Assembly: GCA_977016875.1 (NCBI GenBank)
Contig: CDRNST010000067.1
Span: 5,022,001 to 5,086,000, forward strand
DNA from: Pavona decussata
Lineage: Eukaryota
Direction: 5' to 3'
Length of the DNA: 64,000 nt
The notes beneath the pieces were generated by a model. That model saw nothing but the letters and a program-made list of their open reading frames with translations, ran no database searches and had not been told where the DNA came from. This document shows positions 49,150 through 59,292 of this stretch, piece by piece. The translations under genes and the position numbers were made by a program. Positions within the stretch are counted from its first letter, which is position 1; the number at the start of each line of letters is the position of its first letter.

Positions 49150-52100
49150 ATGTCTGAAGACATAGCCTGGTCCTCTGTCTCGGAAGGCTCTTTGGATAAC
49201 CTGGTACTTGTGCAAGAAGTCTACGGTAAGGTCATGATTGACAATATTTTGCGTGCTCCAGACAGCACTAAATGTTTATAGAAAGGTAAAATCTTACGGT
49301 GCAAATTTAAACATTTAATAGTATTAAACATAGAACCAAACAAACCAAATTTGCCAACAAGCTAGACCTTGGCGTTGAGAAAAAGTTATAATCCTGAAAT
49401 AACAGACATACTGATAAGACAGGCCTCAAAGGACGTCATACAGAGACGTGTAGCACAGATATATATGACAACTAAGACTCAAACTTTTCAGTCTGACAAT
49501 AAATAAACAGCTTAAATTGTATTTCTAGAACAATGACCGTTCCTGTGGATGATGTCCGATGACTAACTTGACATGATTTGCAATTCATTTTGCCAACATT
49601 TTTACCTCAAATTTTGCACACAAGAATGCTAGCCTTAAAAACTAATCATATTTAAATAAAATGGTCACTTCTGACTCACTAATCCCATTTGGAAAGTGTC
49701 CCCAATATGTCCTCTGTGCTAAATAAATTGACACTTAAATAAAGTAATTCATTTGTTATTTATTTGGGCCCAGTTGTTCAAAGTTTGATTAAAGTAATCC
49801 TGAGTTAAGGTGAACTTTGATTCAAGTTTAATTACTAATCAAAAAAAAAAATTCTTCCTAAAGATTTTTGTCCTGTAGTTTTAACTTAGACTTTTCTTTG
49901 CCATTAGCTTAAAATTAGCTTTGGAAAACATTAATTTTAACAACCGTATTGAAGACGTCTGTTAACTTTTAATCAGGGGTTAGCATTAATCTGCTTTAGA
50001 AAAACCACGGCCAAGGAAATTTTCCACACTTGCCATATCATGTGATCAACAATAGTTATTTGGGCAGCAGATAGAGGTACCATGGAGTTTGTGGGAGACA
50101 GGAGGAGAGAAGGTGGTGACAAATAGGAGAAACAGAAAGAAAATTTGTAATATTGATTTTTTGCAACAGAAGAAGCACAAAATGATAGGACCCACTCAGT
50201 AAAGGGACAAAAATGTAGAGCAAAGAGTATACATACTCCTCACTGAATAACGACAAAAACAGACAACTGCTGTGTACGTGTTGGTTGATTATTTTTGTAA
50301 GAAGGTTAAATCATACATACAAATACCAATCAAATTTGCAAAGAGTTGTAAAGGTTCTTGTTTTCAAGCTACAATAGCTAGACTGACTGTTTTATTGATT
50401 AAGAACTGATTTACTGAATAAGAACTATTAAGTTCAGAGGAAAGGATATATTTTTTTTATTCAGTCCGCTAAAAAACACTGGATGGAACTACTGCTTTTA
50501 ATCTATAATAATATTATTATTAAATAATTATTTTGGCTAATTGTTTGAGTTATGGACAATGCAGTCAGATTTTGGTTGGTTGCAACTGATCAGGATGTTA
50601 GAATAGCTTGATAGCACACATTGTATCACACTGCACCAGGCATGAATTGTTTGCAACTACTCATAGAGTTCCATATATATCTGAGTATCTGCTGTGTTCT
50701 TAAGTACCTAGTTTTTATTTGAAACAACTCAACTCTTTTATCTAGAGATTGTGTTTTGCACTGCTTTTTAAAGCTTGTGAACATATTTAGCCATAGACTA
50801 TCAACAATGTAACTTTCATTTATTTTGTTTTATTTATTTTCATTTTTTTTTTTTTCAGATCTTGTGAAAGATATTAGGGTAAGAAACCTCTATTTTTTTA
50901 TCACTTTTATAGAAATTTGTTCACACCTTTGACAGCTCTGGAATGTTTCTTAGTGTTAAGATCAATTGGCATTTGTAAATTCTTTCACATATAAACTTGT
51001 AATAGCATTTTTATGATACTTCTAAGTTATTTATTTACATGTAAATTGTGTCATGGTAGTAGCTGAGAGAAGTATTCGCATCTCTTAATTTATTCAATGT
51101 AAATAGTCATTATAAAATGTGGCCCGTAATAAAGTGCAGGCCCCAGTTGTTCAAAGGCCGGATAACTTTATCCAGTGGATAAGTCACTATCTGACAGTTT
51201 CAATCTGTGCAAAGATTTCAGTATTTCCTCATGCACCACCGAATATGCACACTCTAACCACTGCTTAGTTGGGGAGTGTATGAAAACCTTGGACAACATT
51301 TAACGTGAAGTATATTTTAGACGCTGAAGAATGCCTTGTCCAGCAGATAAAGTTATCCGGCCTTTGAACAACTGAGGCCAGACCAAGAGCAAGACCATCA
51401 AGTTGTGTCATATTACTATATGTATAACTATGAATATGAATATGTTCAACATATATTTGAGCTACAGATGAAAAATTAAATAGGAGAAAAGACTCTTGCA
51501 GTTATTTATGTAACTTAAGCAGTGATTCATCCTCTGCGGGTATATTACATACTCACAATTTATGACCACTAGTTTTCAGTTGGCTTGAGAGCTCAGTTGG
51601 TAGATTAATGCACCGGCATCACAGAGGTCATGGATTCAAATCCTTTTTAAGCCTGAATTTTTTTTCTGGCTTTCGTCTCTCAACTGGTTAAGTAGTGTAA
51701 AATAACTGTGAGGGTCTTTCTTCTACCAGTATTTAACAAGTCATAATAATTTAATTTAATCATTATTCTCCATATTTGACTTACACTCTTACACCAGTGT
51801 CATACCTGTACCTTTCTGAGTTTTAAAAAATATGTTTCCAAGCCTGTCCATCTCCCTACCTAGCAATGTATGTTTACCATCATTTGTGTTGGTCTTGCAA
51901 CCAGTTTTTTTCTAGTCAGTAAGGGAGGGGAAGGTATTACAGTCAAACCTCCACTAACAGACACCTCCCGTAGGCGGACACCTCCTAAGCGGACACTTGG
52001 TTATGTTCTCAGCTACATACAAACACTACATTTTTAAACTCCTATAAGCAGACACCTCAGATTTCAAGCACGCTTTTTCTGGTCCCAAGGGTGCCCGCTT

Positions 52101-55100
52101 ACCAGAGGCTAGACTGTTTAAAGCAACTGATTGTGTCAGTTTCTTAGGATCACCATCCTATACCCCTTTAGATGGCGATTCACTAGAGATTTCTGAGAAA
52201 GAAATACATATGACAGTTAATTTGGGAAGAGAAATCTATACAACCAAGGAAATGATTGAGAATGGCAGCTTTGGTCTCGGTCTATATCTTAAACCCAGTC
52301 TGCAGTCTGCATTTTATGCTTATCGCGCATTGTATACTCACTTTGCAGTCTGTCATCTGCATTTTAAATTAAAGCATTGTCTAAGAGAATTGAGGTGAGG
52401 ATGGATTTATAAATTTTTAAAATGAATGGAAGTTACCCAGTATTCAGTGATATGACTCTTTGGTTCAATCCTTTAAACTAATACAATTGAAATAGATTAC
52501 TGGCTTTAACAATGAGTCAGAGTTCTGTCTTTCCTTAATATTACAACAAGAAATGTTTTTGAAAACTAAGAGCTTAGTGATAGAAAAAGTTAATGCTTCC
52601 TGATTTTCATCTCTAGGACCCAGAGTTACCACAGACCCTTGAAGAGCTAAATGTTATAGAGGAAGAATTTATTAAAATTGACAAGATTGGAAATGATGAA
52701 TACAACATCAAGATAGAATTCACCCCTACTGTCCCTCATTGTTCTCTTGCAACACTAATAGGTATGTGACAACTCAGCATGAGATTGTCTTCAGTATAAA
52801 TGTTGTCTGACCTCTCAAGGGCCAGCCTTTCTCAGGCTTTGACTTCTTTGATTTAAAGGACCTTGTTTAAAGGGTTGTTATGGACACAGCTAGGATAGAC
52901 ATCCAAAAGGAGTATATCACTCTCTCAGATGTTGACAAAATAATCAGTTATTACAACTTGTTAGCTACCTTTATTACTTGTGTTGACCAAGAAAACAGCA
53001 AAAATCTTAATTATTTCACCAGAAAGACATGGGAAACAACACAATTGATGAGGCTTGCATTCCCTATCCACTAGAATATCATAGACACAGTATTGAATAT
53101 ACTGATATTTAGCATAACAGTTAAATTACTTGTCAATAGTGAGTTAATGTAACTTGTAAACAGTTATGTAGGTTTATGCATCCTCTTCATCTTTAAATTT
53201 AAAGATATTCCTGGAAATCTTTGCCCCCAGCTACCAGTATCAAATCTTGGCTCGAACTCTGATTGGATGAGTTTAGAAATAAGATGAAACTCAAGTTGAA
53301 AACTTAAAATAAATAAATAGTGAAGTTTGGTTTTGCCTGGGAGGTTTTGTTAGTACTCCAACCTGGCAGCTCAAGGGCTTGGAATATCATTCTCATTTAT
53401 ACCCTTCCAGTCTGGCATGGATTGAACTTAAAACCACTGATGCACACAGCCATGAGTTCACATGTATACAGCTTGATTGTGTGGAAGAGAGTGCACAACT
53501 CCTGTATCATGGCAGATATTGTTTACTTACTATAATGGTCCCTTTTTCTATTAGGACTTTGTTTAAGGGTGAAATTGGAGCGCTCATTGCCCTACAAATT
53601 TAAGGTATGTTTTCTAGTTTTGTGTCATTCTGATTAGCAATAATGCTGACTCAGCAAATAAGTCTTTGGTTTACACATGCCCTTTATATTTTTCTTTTTG
53701 CTTCTGTTTGTAGCTTGACATTTTCCTCTCCAAGGGAACTCACTCTACAGAGGATGAAAGTAGGTTAATAGTAAATTATATTGAATGCATTATGCAAACT
53801 ATACATTTGGCAATTTGGCCTTTGAATCAAAATTTCCCCCAGTAAGCTCTGTACAGACTGGTTATCCTGTTAGAAAGGTAGTTCTGTATTTAGTGCTTGC
53901 ATTCAACGAATTAACGGTAAAGTTGTACTTAAAAGCTGAATCAAATCACAAATGATTTATTTTGTTAACTGTTTTAGCCAAAACAAAAGAAAATTAACCA
54001 AAAATCAAGTGCTTAAATTGTCTATGATTTTCTTGAGTCTTTTGCAAAACTGACAAACCAAATCATGAAATTTAGCCTTTCCAAAATATAAATATGGAAC
54101 GGCCTTACTTAGATGTTAACCAGTTTGTATACCTATTTGAGAAATTTGGATTCAAGGTCCAAATCAGCAGTTCCACCTATCTTTTTACAGAGCCCTTAGT
54201 TTATAATATCAGCCTAATTTGAGGTTATCCATTACGTTTGCCCAGGGAAGCTATATGTAGTCCAGAAAAATCAGTACAATAAACCATTTCCGAGTTGCTT
54301 TGAACCTCATTATGAAAGCGAGACTTAGTGCAAAGTTTTTGTTATGAAAATTAGTTTTTATTCACATCCAAACAAAACTAATTTTCATTTGAAAAGTTTT
54401 GCACTTAGCCTCGCTTTCATAGTGAGGATCACAGCAACTCGGAAATGGTTTATTGAATAAATTGGTGTTTTAAATTTAAATCTTTGAGACCTTCGAACGA
54501 CTGAGTTTAGGACTTCATGGGAAAAATGGTGAACATTACAATTTGCCCTTAAAATCAGCACCGTTCCCCAATCATAGAAATTCAGCGTATTTATTGCCTG
54601 TTCTGAAGGCTTGGATATGTAACCAGTCTGTATGCCGACATTGGTGTACAGACTGGATTATATTTTTAATGTTAACGCTTTTCATTACTTTTGCTATAAA
54701 CTTGAGAAAATAAAATGTATCTAAGAGGTGCTTGCTCAATTATTTTCATTTTTGTTCAAAGAAAGAACAAAAAAGGCTGATAATCTTAAGAAGTGTCGCG
54801 TTTCGTTTCGCGCTTGAATTTATGGATGTTCTTAGTGTCCAGTCCTTATATTATTTGGTAGGGTATTGTATAATGTAAGGCCAGTTGATCTACATTGTAG
54901 CTAAAACTTTATGGACTAATCTGGACAAGATTTTTTTTTGGTCCATGTGATCAAGTGATCTTTCCAAGGTAGGGTTTCGACCATAGGAACTCCTGTCACT
55001 GATTTTGATTCCAAAGTAACGACTTTTACTAACTACATTCACAGAATGATAGCAAATCAATTCCCAAACATACTCATATCTAACAGACACTGTCCTTTTG

Positions 55101-55206
55101 GTTTTCAGTTAATAAGCAAATCAACGATAAGGAGAGAATAGCAGCTGCCATGGAAAATCCTAATCTGAAGAAGATTGTAGAGGAGTGTATTTCAGATGGA
55201 ATTTGA
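49150..55206 (+). CDS. CIAO2A: Cytosolic iron-sulfur assembly component 2A (FAM96A, MIP18 family), complete, 144 aa
   Basis: Exons 49150-49225, 50859-50878, 52617-52761, 53555-53604, 53714-53759, 55109-55206 (435 nt). Translation includes [72 protein letters not shown], the 2A-type signature. Confidence 0.95.
49767..50012. mobile_element. Older copy of the same MITE family (CIAO2A intron 1)
   Basis: GGCCCAGTTGTTCAAAG..GAACTTTGA..GTTTAATTACTAATCAA..GTTAACTTTTAATC..TTAGCATTAATC. Confidence 0.75.
51140..51378. mobile_element. Harbinger-type MITE, CAG TSD
   Basis: TIR GCCCCAGTTGTTCAAAGGCCGGATAACTTTATC and its inverse; CAG on both sides. Confidence 0.85.
51481..51725. mobile_element. Inverted-repeat element carrying a tRNA-like segment
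   Basis: Ends TAGGAGAAAAGACTCTTGCAGTTATTT / AAATAACTGTGAGGGTCTTTCTTCTA; internal GGCTTGAGAGCTCAGTTGGTAGA..GGATTCAAATCC. Confidence 0.7.
51940..52116. mobile_element. Tc1/mariner-pogo type MITE
   Basis: TA|CAGTCAAACCTC...GAGGCTAGACTG with repeated CGGACACCTC subterminal motifs. Confidence 0.65.
54278..54454. mobile_element. Palindromic MITE (CIAO2A intron 5)
   Basis: AATAAACCATTTCCGAGTTGCT..ATGAAAGCGAG..AGTGCAAA..TGAAAATTAGTTTT and a near-perfect inverse. Confidence 0.85.
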
Positions 55207-55451
55207 CTCCCAACTACTCCTCAAGCACTAACAAGTTAATAAGACTTAAAAGACATACTCAACGATTCACTAAATAAATGTAATGAATGGCCTTATGTAG
55301 CCTTAATTCCAGCAGAAGGATCCAAAGGATACGATGCCACCACGTAAATTTAAATATTTGACGGCTGGGCGAACTTCGAGCTAGTCCTGATTGTTTAATG
55401 TATGACGTTTCAGCCGCGCGCAGACAATACGTGGACCCCCCCCCCCCCCCC

Positions 55452-55698
55452 TTTCTGGACCCCTCGATTTTTCCGTTAAACACCATTAAGAGGTTTGCAC
55501 GCATTTTATTACACCTGTTAAACCAATGTAAAAGATGATTTCTCTCGACCTAACATCACAAACGTTTCTTGAGTCATATTTAATATCATAACATGATCAA
55601 TAAGTTAATAATCTTTTACATTGGTTTAGCAGGTGTAATAAAATAGATGCAAACCTCTTAATGGTGTTTCACGGAAAAATCGAGGGGTCCAGAAGGGG
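55452..55698. mobile_element. Palindromic MITE-like element downstream of CIAO2A
   Basis: TTCTGGACCCCTCGATTTTTCCGT..CACCATTAAGAGGTTTGCA..TAAACCAATGTAAAAGAT and its inverse. Confidence 0.85.
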
Positions 55699-56602
55699 AT
55701 CCAGAAAGGGGAGTCTTCAGATAAAAATCGAAAACTAAAAGCGATGTACAAAGGTTGTGAATCATACAGATACTGGCTTATATAACCTACACAAAAAATG
55801 GAAATAAAGGTTATGTAATAAAAAAAAAGGTTTAAATTATAAAACAAACAAGGGAAGTAACAGTCGTATTCGTGAAGTAAACGTGGCTATTTAAACGAAA
55901 CAAACGCCCTATCGAGGAGGAGGAGGAGGAGGAAGGCCGAACGGCTGACACGTCATACGGTGGGGTCAGTGAGCAAATTTAGGGGAAAATTAATTGTTTC
56001 TAGCGGACAATTTGTTCAAAATTAAATTTGAGTCAACAAACATTTATCACATGCGACTGGAAAGCGGGATCGTAAACATTTTGGAATGGTGGGTTCGCAG
56101 ACATCCAAGCCCGGAGTTGTAATTTCCATCGTTACGCATCTTAAGCAATAGCGATAGTGAGCTCTGGTTAAAAAATGTGGAAGCCTGTACGACCCCTGCT
56201 CTTTGCTGGCCGCTTTCCTTTCCGTCTTTCGATCAATTTAGCGCTTGTTAGGTACATTTTATAGCGAGCTTACTATGAATTGCAGGATTTGATACTGCTT
56301 GGTTAACCATATTTTTAACCATATCTGCGGAATACTCGTCCACTGGACCGTAACAACGGCAGGGAGCAGGAAGGAAGTGCGACACTTGGTGCAAGATTGC
56401 AGCACGCCAAGGCTTACATGTAACTGATAACAATGGAAATTGGAAAAATCTGTGTACTGACTAACGACTCGGGAACTGTGCAAACTCCCCCATCCTTTCA
56501 CCATCTGTGGTTCTAGACGGACGATTGGACAAAAAAATAGATAACGTAAAAAAGTTGTCGTCTTCACCGAATGAGTGAATAAAAAACACTGGATGTTTTT
56601 AA

Positions 56603-57025
56603 AGGGGCAGTATCATGAGAGATCGATTGGAGATATCATGATTTTTGGCCAAAATTCACTAAATTTAAACTTTGGACACTTTGTTAATTAATTTCTCAGT
56701 CGCTTTTTTAAAGAAATATTAATAGTGATTCTAAGACGAAAGGTTGAACCAAAATATAGTACAACCGGCGATTTTTAGTCCGTTACAACAGCGAAATTTG
56801 GTTACAACAGCGAAATTTGAAAACGTCTGGCAGACGTTTTCAAATTTGAACCCCTCTCTATGATTCTCTATCTTGGTCATCTGCCGGTGAAAATATCCTT
56901 GGATAGTTTCTTTGCATTCTGATAGTCTTTAAATGGAATTTTGTCATAATATCTTGGCTGCTATCAACCGAATAGCGTCTTTCCGATTTTCGATGTGTTA
57001 CTAAAAATAGCGTGATACTGTCCCT
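56603..57025. mobile_element. Kolobok-like non-autonomous DNA transposon
   Basis: TTAA|AGGGGCAGTATCA...TGATACTGTCCCT|TTAA. Confidence 0.7.
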
Positions 57026-57349
57026 TTAAGCTACTGTGGAATTATGTGGTTTCATCATTTAGGCCATTTAGGAAAGTCGTCATATCGACTGTCAAACCAC
57101 GCGCGTGTTAGCCTGCCAGCAAGCTCTCGGGGGTGGGGGAAGGGGAGGGGAGTATTGGGGGTGGCATTCAAATTTGCGAGAGCGAATTTACAAGAAGGCG
57201 GTGACGCCATGCTTTCTTGCGCTACATCGTGACATGTCACATGATCATGACGGATACCGAGGCGTGGAAATCTATCATTGACTAAACGTCCTTCACAACT
57301 AACTAACCTTCACTCGAGATAACAAACTTTTCGTTTTCGTGGGAGTCCA

Positions 57350-57405
57350 TAGCCTCCCACGCAGAACGCGTGACGAACCCCTAAGAACGTCTGCTGGAGA
57401 GGCTA
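57350..57405. mobile_element. 56-bp internally deleted TAG...CTA element with 9-bp TSD (Academ-like)
   Basis: GGGAGTCCA|TAGCCTCCCACGCAGA...TCTGCTGGAGAGGCTA|GGGAGTCCA. Confidence 0.75.
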
Positions 57406-57663
57406 GGGAGTCCAGTGACTTGTCGCTCGGCAGTCAACCTTTCGGCGCATAAGAAGACAACAACTCGAGGAACTGCATTTTGATTTTAAAATTTCTTGCT
57501 GGATTTGATAAAACATTCCTCCAGAAATCTTAGCAGATGTTAATTTTTTTTTTTTTTTTTTCAGTCTTTTTTTAGACAATTGTCATTTCCCATTGCATTT
57601 CAAGTTAAAAATTAGCAAGAATACACGATCACGAGCAGACGTTTTACCAAAAAGTAGTTTTAT

Positions 57664-57762
57664 CTTGGGTAAAACTACTGCTTGTATGTTAGGAAGGACA
57701 CCACCCTGGGCGATGGTCACGCCGGCAAGCAAAAGCAGTTTGTTCAATTCTTCGTCATTTCG
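57664..57762 (-). pseudogene. H2A: Histone H2A C-terminal remnant
   Basis: [33 protein letters not shown]; N-terminal ~85 codons absent, extra LL, divergent orientation to H2B. Confidence 0.9.
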
Positions 57763-57997
57763 CCCTGAATTTGGCGGATCAAAACGCTCCAATCAAACAC
57801 CACTTTAACTTTCAAAAGATATCAAAGTAACTTTTCCCGCCTTTGGGGGGCAACAACCAACTAGGTGAGAAGGCCGCTATTTCGATGGGCATGTTAACTG
57901 ATCCATTGAATTTGCTGGCATAAATAGAACTTGCTCAAACTTGAGTTATGGAAGCTGATTTTGAAAATCTAAGCGATTTATCCACAACCAAGCACTC

Positions 57998-58381
57998 ATG
58001 GCACCAAAAGTACCTGCCGCAAAAAAGGGCGAGAAGAGAGCAGGCAAGGCTAAGTCGGGAGCGGTCGATGGCTCGGGCAAGAAGAAGAAGCAAGGAAAGA
58101 GAAAGGAAAGCTATGCGATCTACATCTACAAGGTGTTGAAACAGGTTCACCCTGACACGGGAATCTCCAGCAAAGCCATGGGTATTATGAACTCGTTCGT
58201 CAACGATGTCTTCGAGCACATCGCTACGGAATCTTCCCGCCTTGCCCACTACAACAAGAAGTCTACCATCAGTTCCCGCGAAATCCAAACCGCCATCAGA
58301 CTGCTTCTGCCCGGTGAACTAGCCAAACATGCCGTCAGTGAGGGCACTAAGGCCGTGACGAAGTATACCAGTAGCAAGTGA
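57998..58381 (+). CDS. H2B: Histone H2B, intronless, isolated copy (possibly an orphon/young pseudogene)
   Basis: 127-aa ORF with [27 protein letters not shown]...[21 protein letters not shown]; upstream CATAAATAG TATA-like box near 57918; histone stem-loop downstream. Confidence 0.95.
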   Translation: MAPKVPAAKKGEKRAGKAKSGAVDGSGKKKKQGKRKESYAIYIYKVLKQVHPDTGISSKAMGIMNSFVNDVFEHIATESSRLAHYNKKSTISSREIQTAIRLLLPGELAKHAVSEGTKAVTKYTSSK

Positions 58382-58413
58382 AACCTGTGAAATGCCAAAA
58401 CAACAACAACAAC

Positions 58414-58429
58414 GGATCTTTTAGGAGCC
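58414..58429 (+). promoter_or_regulatory. Replication-dependent histone 3' stem-loop (degenerate)
   Basis: A/C-rich leader, GGATCTTTTAGGAGCC, then ACCGA; consensus GGCTCTTTTNAGAGCC with position 3 C>A. Confidence 0.8.
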
Positions 58430-58556
58430 ACCGAATCTCATGAAAGCAATGCCCAACACTGGTCACATTGTCGTATTAGTATTAAATTAAACTGCTAGGT
58501 GAAGACCCAAACAACAACAGTTTTCAAGTTTCAGTGTACAACAACGAGATCATTAT

Positions 58557-58945
58557 AAATTCGGTATAAAGTTCCAATAGACAAATTTTCTTCTCTGGTA
58601 TGGGTAACCAGTCAATTCGCCCATGCACTTGCCAACTCACCCACAACAAACTTTCACACGCTCAAAATGTGACTTTCAAGAGATTTTCATACAATGGACA
58701 CATAAACAAACAAAAAGCAAAGTGTGACTCCAGAAATTCGCTACAAAGTTCCTATAAACAAATTTTCTCTTCTGTGATTTACTTGCATGGTCACGAGTCA
58801 TTTCGCCAATGTACATGCTACCACATCCACAACAAACTTTCACGGGCTGCAAATGTGACTTTCAACAGATTTTCGTAGAATAGACACAAGAAAAAAAAAG
58901 CAAAGCGTGATTCTATAAAACCGATACAAAGTTCCTATAAACAAT
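58557..58945. repeat. Diverged tandem repeat, ~180-bp unit, ~2.1 copies
   Basis: AAAGTTCC.ATA.ACAA at ~58568, 58745, 58928; CCACAACAAACTTTCAC and AAATGTGACTTTCAA twice. Confidence 0.8.
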
Positions 58946-59292
58946 TTTTTTTTTTTTTGACGCCTGTAAGTTTGATCCTTAGGCTGAATTTACATATCGA
59001 AGCCCTCCTGAATAAGGTAGCAAAAGAACAAGTTTTTCTTTCGAAGTCTGTAAATTGTCTGTACATTGAACAAGTTTATCAAAAAAAATTCCAAGGAAAA
59101 CTTGCTCTTCTTCAATTAGTCTGAGACAGGGTTTGTTTTCTTTTCTTCCTTTTTGTCTGTGCAACCTTTTGTTTGTTTGGAGGTGCATGGACAGTCTCTG
59201 AAAGCAGAGCGTGATTTGTGTTAACAAAACAGTTATTTTTATAAGAAAAACGGCACATTTGAGTTTACAAAACATGTTTCGGTCGTACAACG

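Noticed and set aside
57935-58288. Antisense ORF over H2B
   Set aside because: Shadow ORF typical of histone codon usage.
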